A stretch of DNA of 63,935 nucleotides, filler included, from Rhizaria sp. SCN 62-66 (lineage: Eukaryota): NCBI GenBank assembly GCA_001724265.1. It is 5 parts of 5 records of this genome, joined end to end, with 100 filler letters (N's around TTAATTAATTAA, not from the genome) between each part and the next. Parts side by side here need not be neighbours in the genome. Positions count along the whole stretch, not along the records: positions 45,242 to 55,102 come from MEDY01000683.1; positions 55,203 to 63,935 come from MEDY01000687.1; 3 more parts are not named here. The stretch is one strand, 5' to 3'. A program made the position numbers and the translations under genes. The notes beneath the pieces were generated by a model that saw nothing but the letters and a program-made list of their open reading frames with translations, did no database searches and was not told the origin of the DNA. Below, piece by piece: positions 49,101 through 60,297 of this stretch; the first letter of the stretch is position 1; each line of letters opens with the position of its first letter.

Positions 49101-52100
49101 CGTCGTCCAGCAACCCGATGGTGCGTGACAATGCGCGCGTGGCGGCGCCGCTGGCCGCACTCGCGATCCTCTACCTGTGGGGTGTGGTGGCGTCGTTCTT
49201 TATCGCGCCGCCTGCCGCGGGGCTCGCCGTGTGCTCGCTTGCGCTTGTGCTCTTCACGGCTTACCTCAGCGACGCCGCCGTTGCCACCGACGCCGAGTTT
49301 GCGCGCGCCGTGGCCTTCTTTGGTGGCGAGCGTGCCGAAGCCTTTGCCCGCCAGGTCGCAGACGCGCAGGTCGCTGCCATCCGCGCCCAGCTGCCGGTCG
49401 CTACCGCCCGTGCCGCCGCCTCGGCTGCCGCGCTGACCAACGGCGCCGAAGCCCCGTCAGAGATGGAGATTACGAGCACCCCCGGCTCCGGCTCCAGCAA
49501 CAGCTCTGGGGAGCACGATGTCGCGCCCACGGGACGTCTTGCACGTGCGATTGCGACCGCCACCGCGCTAGTTGCCGAGGAGCGCGCTTTGGCTGTGACT
49601 TCCGGCCGCTTGGCTTCGCTGCGTGGTGCAATGATGTCTCCTGCGCCCGGCACGCTGCCGCGCAGCGGTTTGCCCGCGTTTTTCGGCGTGGACTTGATGG
49701 CACCTGAGGACGCGACCGTGGCTCTGTCGCTGAAGCATGCTCTTGACGAGCGCGCCAATATCGTGGCCGCGCTGCCTTTCACCCCAGCTCTCGCGCTGTC
49801 CTGCGGCAGTGCCGGCACGGACAGCGGCGACATGGAGACGAAGAGGGGTAGCAGCAACGACGCCAAGATTGCCCCGACGCGCAACGTACAGAGCACGAAT
49901 GATGATGAGGCGTCGGAGGACAACTCTGACGACGCTGACGTCGAGCGCGTGCCTGACGCTGCGGCCGCGAGCGCTGCCAAGCCTAAGTTCGCCGCCAGTC
50001 AGGTGCAAGTGCGTCTGTGGGACGGCACGTGCACGCTGCGCGACGCCTACATGCTGCTGCACGCCGCGGACATCCGCGTGCGCGCGTTGTCGCTCGCGGC
50101 AACGGCGCTCACGGCGCACACGACGCTGCACATGCTTGCGGCGTACCGCTTCCAGCGCGACAAGCGCGACGCAGTGCTTGCGTCGCTGCTGCAGCAGTTG
50201 CTGCCGCACGCTGCGTCGCTCACGGCCGCCGACCTGGCCTCGCACTCGCGCAACGCGCGCTTTCAGGCGCGTCTGCAGACGCTGTTCGCCGAGTACCAGG
50301 CCGCGCAGGCCGAGCTTGCGGCTCTGGCTGCTGCCCGCGAGCGCGAGTCCGCCGAGGCTGAGGCCATGCGTGCGCGGGCGCTGTGGGAGGCTGAGAGGCT
50401 CAAGCGCCAGGCAGCCGAGGAGGCGATGCGCAAGCTTGCTGCTGAGGCAGAGGCGAAGCGGGCTCTCGCCGCTGCAGAGCGCCGGGCGCAGCTGGCCGCG
50501 CTGGCTGAGGCCGAGGAAGAGGGCTGGCGCGCGCAGCGGACTGCGGGCGAGGCGCGCGCGGCCGCGCAGGAGAAGGAGGACGCCGAGGCCTTCAAGCGCG
50601 AGGAAGTGCTGGAGAAGGACGTCGCCAAGCTGCGCGCGCAGGCGCAGGCGAAGACCATCGCGAACGACATGGCGGCCACCGGCGCTCTCATCACTGTTGA
50701 CAGCTTTGCTAGCGCCAAGGCAGAGGCCGCTGCGAACACGGCGACGTGCAAGGCTGCGGCTGACGCCGCCATTACCGCGGTCAAGGCCGCGCGCCAGAGT
50801 CTGCGCGAGCGCTCGTCTCAAGCGCAGGAGTCTGTACGCAAGGCTCGCGCCGGTGTCGTCGCTGCCGAGGCCGAGGCGGATGCTGCTGAGGCCGCGATCG
50901 TCGCTGCTGGCGTGGCGGAGAGCGAGAGCGACAAGGCGTCGCGCACCGGCGCTGTTGCCGCCGCCCGCGCCGACGCCGACGCCGCGGTCGCAAACGCGGT
51001 TGCCACGCTGGAGACCGAGCGTACCGCCGCTGTTGCCGAAGTCACCGGGGCGGCCAAGGAAGCGCGCCGCGCGCGTTTGGCTTTGATGCGCGCCGAGACG
51101 GCGGAGCGCGCTCTCGACGCTGCCATCGCGGGTGCGATTGCTGACGCTGCTGAAGCAAAGGCGGCGTCCGACCGGGCTGAGGCTGAGGCGAAACGTCTGC
51201 GCGATGAGGAAGCTGCTGCACAGGCTAAGGCCGCTACAGCTGCCGCTGCCGCTGCGGCCGAACGGGCTGAGGCGGAGGCCAGGCGCAAATGCGAGGAGGA
51301 AACTACCGCTGAGGCCACGGCCGCTGCCGCGGCTGCCGCCGCTGCCGCTGCTGCTGCGGCTGAACGGGCTGAGGCTGAGGCGAAACGTTTGCGCGAAGAG
51401 CAGGCAGCTGCGCAGGCTAAGGCCGCTGCTGCCGCTGCCGCCGCTGCTGTCGCTGCGCTTGAGAAGAGGCGCCGGGAAGAAGAGGAGGCTGCGAAGAAGG
51501 TTGCGGCCGCGCTGCGTGCGGCTGAGGAGAAGCTCAAGCGCGAGCAAGAGGCTGCGGCGCAGGCGCGCAAGGCTGCCGCCGAAGCCGAGGCGCGCCGCCT
51601 CGCGGAAGAGGCCGCGCGTGAACGTGCACGCGAAGAGCAGCGCCAGGCACTGCAGCGCAAGAAGGAGGCCGAGGAGGCTGCGCGTGCGAGCAAGATTGCA
51701 GCGGCCGCCGAGATTGCCAAGCGCGGCTGCACAGGCTCGGAGCCGCGCTGGCAAAAGGTCTTTTTGTGCACGACGTGCGGCAACAAGGTCTACTGCGAGT
51801 ACTGTTGCCTGCACCACCACAAGAGCCACTCGGTCTCCGCCGGCGAGCCGCAGGAAATGGGCTGCACAGGCGTTCCCGCCGCGCGGCCCGGCTCCGCGGG
51901 CGGCAGTGTTACCGAGACGAGTGACGGCGTGGACACGCTGTCACCGGCCGAGCGTCTGGCGTTCTCTGACCGCGTGTTCGCGATGCAGCGGCTGATTGAG
52001 ACGGACGCCGAGCTCGATGCCGCGCTGGCAGCTCTGCCGCAGGCCAAAGACGGCGTGCTGACGACGCTGGCGCGCCGCGGCAGCGCGTCGAAGCCGTGGG

Positions 52101-53941
52101 AGGACCCCGATTTTCCGGCGACGGACGCTTCACTCAAGATCGAGGGCAACGTTTCGAACGTCAAGTGGGAGCGCCTCAGTGTGATGGCTCCTGGCGCAGA
52201 CGTGTTCCGTGCTCCCATGGACCCGCGCGACATTCACCAAGGCTCGCTCGGTGACTGCTGGCTGCTTGCGGCCATCGGCACTCTTAACCGCTCCCCTCTC
52301 CGCCTGTTGAGCTCGATGATCACGCGTGTGCCCAACAAGGAGGGCTGCTACACGGTGCGTCTATTCCGCTTCGGTGAGCCGTTCTACGTCACCATTGACG
52401 ACCGCGTGCCGTCAAAGGCCGTTGGCAAGACGCGCAAGCCCATGTTCGTGGGTGCGGGCGCCGGTGAGCTCTACCCGGCCCTGATCGAGAAGGCGTACGC
52501 CAAGGCGATCGGCACCTACGGCGGCATCGAGGGCGGCTACGCGTCCGAAGGTCTGGCGAACCTGACTGGCGGCTTCAGCTCCTTCATCCAGCTCGCGTCG
52601 CGCGAGCAAGACGCCGCGTCTGGCGCACTGTTCCGCGAGATGCGCGAGCTGCTCGAGTCGGGCTCTCTGCTCGGACTCGGCTCGCAGTCCGGCAAAGACA
52701 CTGACGTCGTCGCCGGCATCGTACAAGGCCACGCCTACGGGCTAACGCGCGTGGAGGAAGTGACGCACCCGCGCACGCAGCAGCAGATCTACCTGTGCCA
52801 GGTGTTCAACCCGTGGGGCCAGACCGAGTGGGAGGGCGACTGGTCCGACAACTCCAAGCTGTGGACGCCCGCGCTGCGCCGCATGCTGGGCGCTGTGGAA
52901 GCCAACGACGGTACGTTTTGGATGGCGGGGAACGATCTCATCCGCTGCTTCCGTAACTTGTACATCTGCCGGCTCTTCAACCCGCGGCAGTGGCCGATTC
53001 ACGTGCGCCACAAGAGTACGTTCACCAGCACGTATGGCGTCCCCATCCTCAACGCGCTGCAGTACCGCATCACCTGCCCTGAGGACTGCAAGATCTACCT
53101 CTCCACGCGCGTGATGTGGGACCGCAACGAAGACCTCGAGGAGGCGTGCCACGTCTACTACGCTGTCGCGCCAGCAGTCGACACGGTGCCGCCGACCTCC
53201 GCACACACGGGGCCCGCCACAACCAAGTACCCGGCCGACGGGCGCATGACGCGGATGATGGTCAAGGGCACGACGCTGAGCAGCGAGACGTACAACTCGT
53301 GCGCCCAGTTTGGCTGCCCGTTTGAGGGCACACTGCCTGGCCTCGGAGAGGGCAGTGACAAGAGCTACGTCGTGCTTGTGCACGCGCATCAGTACAACGG
53401 CACGCCGTACCATTTCGACATGCTGCTGTCGTCCCCACGCGCTGTGGTGACGATGATGCCGACGTTCGACCCCACCGCGTACGCGTCCACAGCACGTTTT
53501 GCGCTGACGCTGGGCACGGCCGCCAACGCCGCCGCCGCGTACGCCAAGTGGACGCAGCCGGAGCTCGTCTTTACCAAGCCGTGCCGCGTCACGTTCTGCA
53601 TCTACTCTGAGGCGGGCGGGTCAGCGAGCGCCGACGGCAAGGAGCAGACGTCGCCGACCGCCGCGGTGGCGCTGCTGGCGTCCGACGGCAAACGCGTCAC
53701 CTCGCTCAACGAGACGTACTCGCGCCGTGCGGTGCACCGCGTGCTGGCGTGGGAGCGGCCGCTGGTGCGCACCTTTAGCATCGCCGGCGTGCCCGGTGAG
53801 CCGCTGCTGTTGGTGGCCGAGATGAAGGACTTTAACATGCCGGCCAAAGTGTCTGTGCTCATGGGCTGCGACCAGCGCGACGCCTTCACCGTCAAGGCTA
53901 TCGGCACAAACACTACGATCGCCGTCCCGACCAACAATTAA
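46109..53941 (+). CDS. DEK1-like large multi-pass transmembrane calpain: ~20+ TM helices, long coiled coil, Cys/His zinc finger, CysPc protease and C2-like tail
   Basis: WEDPDFPA, QGSLGDCWLLAA (catalytic Cys), IDDRVP, LIEKAYAK, GHAYG (His), NPWG (Asn), W.GDWSD, DGTFWM; extensive N-terminal hydrophobic helices. Ends TAA. Confidence 0.92.
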   Translation: MGSDIITQDDFLDTFLPFGIPTVATAVLAGVFLFLLRGQLTYVGRWLAVGPASEKNGTILARWIAAMGSLVVLVTVAPFVFLYLWAGFSFSSDTTPLLYGFAILFVGTAIFSALIALSLWASAGYRMPRSTSLLLALSAALLIAFQLSSLFAASPQALTFLGASLVCLAVQLLPTAYMVSLVIDGRVRPVADYALMALTVPTLVQMRWAAAVAPPPAQATAHLSNSNAAADNTAASDSASSAATAVVAAPGEAVPAAPSSTDPAAVAAATVSPSAPPARWVWGVHFALSAVLSLVLLWLYAAYIEKLLPRAEPARPAALVAGYATAAAVTVLDVAVLLCAHGGLITRAPVGVLALALCRLLLVVFGDRYYFVGQAFAYLLLGCGFATALVDSLYPPTNAGDLVVEALSADTHGQAARLLAAGRTEGRRTLPRPGSASVSARRAAGSKAAGAGAGVGGAAAAGEDEDEDAVLLGTARTRARKGSRSNKARHALDNQEEEENEDAVKITLALPSQGKKTANAPAPSTMAAPPPLSVLEEEQIKQRDLFKAVFAPPKEAVAAEPAARQGAVLSCLNCCVSRVSSGVATRFELVAFALLTVGAIASTICAAVLDLPRIELERSHSQYVVGLAALFITLLYTTALALLRYYDNSERALTLRVALLALLWVAGVTGGGVAFYYITDSVIVLSLCCFMPWVLLLALSLYNAWCDNAFHFFAPAVTRSPPFCGLRGFLRCGFPRRDYVTLAALAALAGLTVACGGVIAATQTHPWKGWIVPVVVTAALATVFAMHQWYYLCEFTVSMGAALAAAAAVIIAGLVLWFKTYDEMWPAYLALAYAFCVLVYLSRLLYLQNQRKFTPFLVFLLVLTFLCALAAAAVVVAIATPWLIGAALLLAVCLAALAPILYYHAWRRLSARYPALSPYHLYVPLAIVLIAFAVAVGLTDGNGFAAFTIAWGVLFLAAAIHTARVVFFPASSELGSYAPRALLPVFTLSTPVSGSAAASSSNPMVRDNARVAAPLAALAILYLWGVVASFFIAPPAAGLAVCSLALVLFTAYLSDAAVATDAEFARAVAFFGGERAEAFARQVADAQVAAIRAQLPVATARAAASAAALTNGAEAPSEMEITSTPGSGSSNSSGEHDVAPTGRLARAIATATALVAEERALAVTSGRLASLRGAMMSPAPGTLPRSGLPAFFGVDLMAPEDATVALSLKHALDERANIVAALPFTPALALSCGSAGTDSGDMETKRGSSNDAKIAPTRNVQSTNDDEASEDNSDDADVERVPDAAAASAAKPKFAASQVQVRLWDGTCTLRDAYMLLHAADIRVRALSLAATALTAHTTLHMLAAYRFQRDKRDAVLASLLQQLLPHAASLTAADLASHSRNARFQARLQTLFAEYQAAQAELAALAAARERESAEAEAMRARALWEAERLKRQAAEEAMRKLAAEAEAKRALAAAERRAQLAALAEAEEEGWRAQRTAGEARAAAQEKEDAEAFKREEVLEKDVAKLRAQAQAKTIANDMAATGALITVDSFASAKAEAAANTATCKAAADAAITAVKAARQSLRERSSQAQESVRKARAGVVAAEAEADAAEAAIVAAGVAESESDKASRTGAVAAARADADAAVANAVATLETERTAAVAEVTGAAKEARRARLALMRAETAERALDAAIAGAIADAAEAKAASDRAEAEAKRLRDEEAAAQAKAATAAAAAAAERAEAEARRKCEEETTAEATAAAAAAAAAAAAAAERAEAEAKRLREEQAAAQAKAAAAAAAAAVAALEKRRREEEEAAKKVAAALRAAEEKLKREQEAAAQARKAAAEAEARRLAEEAARERAREEQRQALQRKKEAEEAARASKIAAAAEIAKRGCTGSEPRWQKVFLCTTCGNKVYCEYCCLHHHKSHSVSAGEPQEMGCTGVPAARPGSAGGSVTETSDGVDTLSPAERLAFSDRVFAMQRLIETDAELDAALAALPQAKDGVLTTLARRGSASKPWEDPDFPATDASLKIEGNVSNVKWERLSVMAPGADVFRAPMDPRDIHQGSLGDCWLLAAIGTLNRSPLRLLSSMITRVPNKEGCYTVRLFRFGEPFYVTIDDRVPSKAVGKTRKPMFVGAGAGELYPALIEKAYAKAIGTYGGIEGGYASEGLANLTGGFSSFIQLASREQDAASGALFREMRELLESGSLLGLGSQSGKDTDVVAGIVQGHAYGLTRVEEVTHPRTQQQIYLCQVFNPWGQTEWEGDWSDNSKLWTPALRRMLGAVEANDGTFWMAGNDLIRCFRNLYICRLFNPRQWPIHVRHKSTFTSTYGVPILNALQYRITCPEDCKIYLSTRVMWDRNEDLEEACHVYYAVAPAVDTVPPTSAHTGPATTKYPADGRMTRMMVKGTTLSSETYNSCAQFGCPFEGTLPGLGEGSDKSYVVLVHAHQYNGTPYHFDMLLSSPRAVVTMMPTFDPTAYASTARFALTLGTAANAAAAYAKWTQPELVFTKPCRVTFCIYSEAGGSASADGKEQTSPTAAVALLASDGKRVTSLNETYSRRAVHRVLAWERPLVRTFSIAGVPGEPLLLVAEMKDFNMPAKVSVLMGCDQRDAFTVKAIGTNTTIAVPTNN

Positions 53942-54807
53942 CGTTGGTGTCTTTTGCACTTTAACAACGCCAACTAGTCAGTGTATATGTTGGTGTATGT
54001 GTTTCATGTCCACTGCTGCAACAGGCTTCACAGTTATGCATGCCCGGTCAAGATACGTGCACTTACCATAACACACACTATATCAACAAGAATCAACGAG
54101 ACTCTTTTACTCCACTTTCCTTTGTCAACAATTGTATTCCTGTTTATTCGTTAAAATTAAACAATGTAGTTTTTTTGTGACAATAACCATCTATCTTTTC
54201 TCCTTTATTAATCTGATCATTCCTCTGAGGAAATACAATTCATCGCCTTGACATGTTTGAGACCTACTCCCTCGATGACTATGTACTGAATCATGCGACG
54301 CTGTGATACTCATGACAATTGTGCGAGCGTGTTGTGTAAAAACAATTGACTGTGTATTAATAAATTTTGATTGAAAGCGTGAACAATTGAGGCGACACTC
54401 GTAAAAAACAAAAACACGAAGTAATAAATATCCTCTTCTCGCTCTCGCCTCCTTATTGTGGTGGGTTGACGAGAACGCACTCCCCGTCCTTGCCCCTTGT
54501 CCTTTTGCCAGCCGCTGTCTGTCTGACTGTCTCCGGCAGGCGCCGCCGCACCGCCGCGGTCCTCCAAACGGGAGGAAGCCGCACGCGCGAGCGGGACGCT
54601 GCCGCGCCCTGGTCCAGAGAGAGGATGTGGAGCAGCAGCATCTCTTTCAGTGTGCGTCACAGTGAAGCGCTGAGGTAGTCGTAGCGCTTCCACTGCTGTT
54701 GTGATCGCACAGTTGTAAAACAGAAGAGAGCTGTGTTACGCTGCGCGCTCTCTCTAGGTTCTTCACCCACTCAAGAACGACGGTGGCTTTGTCTTAACTC
54801 TGCGCAC

Positions 54808-55102
54808 TTACTTGGTCCAGGTGATCTTGCGGGTCTTGAGGACGGAGAAGCGGAGGCGCTTCCAGTAGCCGGCGGCGAGGAGGCCCATGAGGCACACGCC
54901 GAGGGTCTTGACGCCCATGCGCTTGCGGTCGTCCGTCTCAGGCTCCGACACCCAGCCGAGGAAGGCGGAGACGTCCTTGGCCATCTGGGAGACGGTCGCG
55001 GGGGTGCCGTCCTCGTACTCGATCTGGCCGTCAGAGAGCGGGGGCGCCATGCCCATGGTGCCGCCGGGGAAGTAGGGGTTGAAGTGGAGGCCCGCGCGGA
55101 CG
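54808..55102 (-). CDS. CYT1: Cytochrome c1 (complex III), C-terminal part, 5'-partial
   Basis: [59 protein letters not shown] followed by a TM helix. Ends TAA. Confidence 0.95.
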
Positions 55103-55202
55103 NNNNNNNNNNNNNNNNNNNNNNNNNNNNNNNNNNNNNNNNNNNNTTAATTAATTAANNNNNNNNNNNNNNNNNNNNNNNNNNNNNNNNNNNNNNNNNN
55201 NN
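55103..55202. other. Artificial contig linker
   Basis: Same spacer. Confidence 0.98.
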
Positions 55203-55819
55203 ATTAAAATGTTGTGCACGAACTCAAACACAATTTTACGACATACCTATCAAGATTTCGTCAATAACAGCAAACGGCCCAATTCGCGACCCCCGTGTGA
55301 GGTGGGAGCGATTGGCAACGGCTGCCACGGGCACGACGATGGATGCCGGAAAATGCGATTTTGTTGCCTTTGCTGCGCTCTAAGCGGTCGTCATACGAAT
55401 ATATTTTGACGATATACGATATAAGTCGCTGTAATTTACACGCCATTTGAATTTAATTTGTTGAAACGAGTAGTTAGCGCACGTGGTTTGAGCGCTTCGG
55501 GCGCACCTCCTCGGCACATTTTCCCCTTTCGCGCATCTTGCTCTTTCTTTACATCTCTCTCTTGTGACTTTAATCAAGAGAAAGCATTTGCAAGTTGTAC
55601 CCTTAGTTTTTTTCTACCATTCTCTTTTGTTATCTTTCTTATCTCTTCCATTTATCTTCTCCTTGACTCACTCTTGTGTTCTGCACCTCCCCCTTAAACG
55701 TCACACCACTTTCGGTTGTCTTTGCTACTGCGGCTGTCTCTCTACCACTGCTACGACTCACACACAACTTGTTGACCAACGCCTTTGTTGCCACGTTTGC
55801 TCTGATATAGCGTCCGGCT

Positions 55820-58800
55820 ATGAAACCGTCATCACTTGCGTTTCATCTGCCGGCCGTTGTCGCACCAGTAACTCCAACAGCTCTGACAGCACGTGGGCGA
55901 TTTCCCTCCTACATCTTTTTCCTCGCCTTCTTGCTCGTCACCGTTTGTGCGCCGTCTGTTCTTGCATCTTCACTCGCTTTTTCGAGCGCAACTGGTCTCT
56001 CTAGCAGCGCCATTTTCGCCTCTACTGCAGATGCAGCGCCTGTCGCAACGCAAGTGCAGTCACGTGGCCCTCTCTACTACCTCCGGACCTCTCTCGTAGC
56101 GCCCAGGGCTGACACCGACAGCGATGACGACACCGGGACGGACGTTGAAGAAGACGACGGCTTTCCCACGTGGATTATCGGCGTCATTCTCTCTTTCTCT
56201 GCCTGCTGTCTTTCCAACACGGGCGTCAACATGCAAAAGCTGGCGCACAACCGCAAGAAGCGTTTGCCGCACCACAACGTCGTCAAGGACCCGCGGTGGA
56301 TCATCGGCATGGCCAGCGTCATTGTCGGCTCCGTGCTCGACCTTGTCTCGTACGGTTTTGCGTCCATGTCTTTGCTCGCGCCGCTGGGTGCGACGACACT
56401 GATCGTGAACCTCTTCGTGGCGCCCTGCATGCTCGGCGAGCAGCTGACGCGGTATGATATCATCGTCACACTGATCATTCTCTCCGGCACCGTGCTCTCG
56501 GTTGCGTTTGGCAGCAAGGCTGACGCATCGTTCACGGCCGCTGAGCTGAAGCATCTGTACACGTACACTCTGTTCATCGTGTACATCTCAATCACGATCG
56601 CACTCGTTATCCCGGCCCTCGTCTTCCTGATTGTCATCTACAAGCGCTCTAAGAAGCCCACGAGCAACGCGTTTATGCCCAGCCGCCACGGCGATTCCCC
56701 CGTTGATTCGGCGTCAATGGGACCGGAGCCGTCTTCGACGCCGGTGATCAAGAAGACGTACATTGTCACCGACGGACAGCGCCGCATCGAAGCCTTCCTC
56801 TACCCCTGCATGGCCGGTGTCTGCGGTGCGCACAGCGTTCTCTTTGCCAAGTCTTCCACGGCCATGGTGCTCGAGTCGATTAGCTCCGGAGATAACCAGT
56901 TTGACCAACCGTTGCCGTACTTTTTCATCGTCTTCCTTGGTTTCCTGCTGGTGATGCAGATGAAGTTCCTCAACAACGGTCTCGCACGCGCCGACGCCCT
57001 GTACGTCGTGCCCATTTACCAGGTGTGCTGGGTCGTCATGAACGCCGTCGTCGGTATGACATATTTCCGCGATTTCGCCGAAATGACCACACTATCAGCC
57101 GTTATGTTCGCGATCGGTATCCTCATCACCAGTATCGGCGTCGGTCTTCTCTCGCGCCGTGAGTCAACCGCCGTGCCCGAGCTCGACCTCGTCACGCTCA
57201 CTGCACAGGACACCGAGAGCATTCTGCGCCGTCCCGAAGTTAAGCCGGGCGTGTGCATTGACCCCGAGACCGGTGTCGTGACCGTGGACCACACGTGCGA
57301 ACTCGAGGTGCGCGCGCTGCTCGTGCAGCAGCTCGAGGCGCGGCTTAACTTGACCGAATACGGGCAGATTGTTGCCGCCGAGGTCGCCAAGGCCGAGGCC
57401 AAGGCAGCAGCGGCGAAAGAGAAGCGCAAGCAGGCGCGGAAGCTCAAGAAGCAGCGCAAACAACAGCAAAGGGGTGCCGGCGCCGGTTCTAGCGCCACTG
57501 ACCACGAGTCGCCGGCGGCGAACGATGGGAGTCCGATCACTGACAAGGCGACTGCGAGGCGTGATAGCGCTGGCAATAACAGCGCTATAACGGGTGTCTT
57601 GAAGAGGTTTTCGTTTGGAGATGCTGGTGATGAGGACAATTTGGACAGCATCGCCCCAGGGTACGCACATATCTCGACTTTACATTCACTAGATGTAGAC
57701 ATATCACTAAATTAAATTAAAGTTCAATTACAATTTTAACTGCACTTATTTGTATGCTCTCATGTCTATACTTCACGAATGCTTAATCTTTTTGATTTCT
57801 TATGTTTCTCTTGTCTTGCAGTGAGGTTAAGGTCAACAAGGACAAGGACGGCGAAGCGATCGAAATGACGACTCTTGGCGCGTCTCGCAAGCTCGAGAAG
57901 CGCACCAGCGCGTCCTCTAAGCGTGGCTACAGCCAGCCCGACGACGACCACGAGACTGACGAGAACACCGACGGTGAAGACCCTGCGATGTTGCGCGGTG
58001 TGAGCGTCGTAACCACTGCTGTTTCTGCCGCGCAGGAGAAGGCGTTTGACTGGCCCAACCCCGGTTTCATCACGCTGCACTTGCTCCAAACGAACCACGC
58101 TCAGTACCGTAGCAGCGGCAGCAGCAGCAGTGCTCGCGCGACTGGTGATCACTTAAATGACTCGATGACCGCGCTCGTCCCCAACCCAGACATGGCGGGC
58201 GATTTCCTAACCTACGTCCGCGTCCTCCACTGCAACAAGACTGCCTGCTACGGCTGCTGCCTCGAGATCCTGCGCACGGCGCTGCTGGAGCGGCTGCAGG
58301 ACGACGCTGTCGACCGCTACCGCGCCGCGCAGCGTAAGTTGCGCCGCGTGCTAGGAAAGAGTCTGCCTGAGGACGAGGACGCCGAGGCGGCGGCGCTGGA
58401 GAAGGCGGCCGCGCGGGTACTTAGACTGTCTCAGGGGGAGGACGAGTACGCCGTGAGCGGGTACTTAGTCGGGGACAGCTCGGACCCTTACAAGGCGACT
58501 TCCTACAGCGACGACCTGGAGGGCGACGACTCCCTAGGAGGGCGCGTTGCGAGCTTGCCGAACATGAAGGCTCATCACAAGGGCGATGCTGCCGCTGCTG
58601 GCGCCGCGACTGACGATAACGCCATTGTGTTTGGCCGGCCCAAGCTGCAGAAGAGACACTCGATGTACGTCAAGGGCTCTGAAACCAAGACCGACAACGC
58701 TGCTGATGCCGCTGCTGGTGCTGCTGCTGCTGGTCGCAAGGACAGTACTGGCACTGCGAGTGGTGACGTGTCCGACGTGCTCTCCCCCGAGCCCGTTGCC

Positions 58801-60297
58801 GGCACCGGCGCGCTGGCGTCAGTCGCCCCTGTATTGGCGCTGCAGCAGCTTGAGAGCAGCAGCTTCGCCGCCAGCGATTCGACTCCCAGCCACCCTGGCC
58901 ACGTCGCTGCCGCCGCCACGGCCGCCCCCGCAGCTGCTACCGCTACCGCTCCCGCTGCTGGTGGCGGCGCGAGCAGTCAGCTGAGTGCCAGCGCCAGCTG
59001 CATCGCCCCTGGCTCCGCTGGCGCCGGCGGATTGGAGGTGCAGCAGCCGGTGATGGGCCGTGCCCGCACCAGTTCCGTCGTCGTCGGCATCGTCCCCATC
59101 CACAACTTCAGCAACGTGGCCATCGGAGTCAACGCCACCGCCGCCGCGACCGACGGCGCGGCGACCGGCCCCGTGATGTTCCACAGCGATACGTACCCCG
59201 ACGACGCTGCCGCCGCGGGCAACGCCAGCGCTCTCGCCGCCCGCGGGAGCAACAACAACAGCAAGAACGCCTCGCCCAACGTTTCCCCCGCGTTCTTGCC
59301 ACTCTCCGGCGGCGGCGCAGCAGGCGCGACTGGCGGGCTCAAGTTCACCGTTCCGCCGCTCTCCGTCCAGGGCCCCGGCGCGTCAGTCATGGCTAAGGCC
59401 GCGAGTCGGCTCGGACTGGGCATGGGCGGGCCCCTGTCCACGACCAACGCGTCCGCGCTTGCGGCTGCCGGCGCGAACGAGAACGCGACATCCTCTGTGG
59501 CGGTGGGCGTGATTGGCGGCGCAGGGACGAATCAGACGACCACTGCGGCGACGGCGACAACGCAGCAGCAGCTGCAGTTGCAGCAGCAGTTGCAGCAGTT
59601 GCAGCACCAGCAGCAGATGTCTCCGCTGACTGCGAGCCGTGCGCGTTCGTCGTCTTACGTAGTCGGCTTCCACGCTGCTGAGTTCTCGCTGTCGCCGTCG
59701 CCGAGTGTGAACACGCTTGCGCTCGCCACTGCGGGCAACGGCGTCAACCCGGTGGGCACGCTCAGTCTCAGCGGACTGGGACTCAACGGCAACAACAGCA
59801 ACAACAGCAATACCAACAACGGCCGTAGTATGGGCGTCGGCGTGCTTGGCAGTCCACGCGCCACCACTGTCGGAGCGTGGCTGGGCAGTAGTAACGGCGC
59901 GGGCGACGAAGACGACGAGGACTATATGGATAGCGATGAAGACGAAGATAACGAAGAGAGTCGGATGAATAATAACGGAGATGGTGATGATGTGAGCGGT
60001 GTGGCTGCCGCAACCGCGGCTGCGCCGACTCCTATTGTTGCTACTGCAACTGCGCCTACGACTGCGAGTGCAGATGCAGATGCAAATGCAGATGTGAGCG
60101 CGAGTGCAAGTCCTGTTAGCAACAGTCACAGCACAAAGTCAAAGAGTAAGACTCACAACAAGAAGCACCATAAGCACAACAACAATGACAGCGCCGACAA
60201 CAATAATGCTACGGCTGCAAATACAAGCGCTGCTAATGCCAAAAGGTTGCAACCAATGGTTGAGGAGGAGGAAGACCACAACGCTGACTTGGCTTAA
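55820..60297 (+). CDS. NIPA-family (DMT superfamily) Mg2+ transporter-like protein with long disordered tail; 2 exons (intron 57661-57821)
   Basis: GVNMQKLAH, RWIIGM, SYGFASMSLLAPLGA, VLFAKS, QMKFLNNGL and VVPIYQV motifs. The GTACGC...TTGCAG intron joins ORFs 55820-57715 and 57802-60297 in frame (APG/EVKVNK). Ends TAA. Confidence 0.88.
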
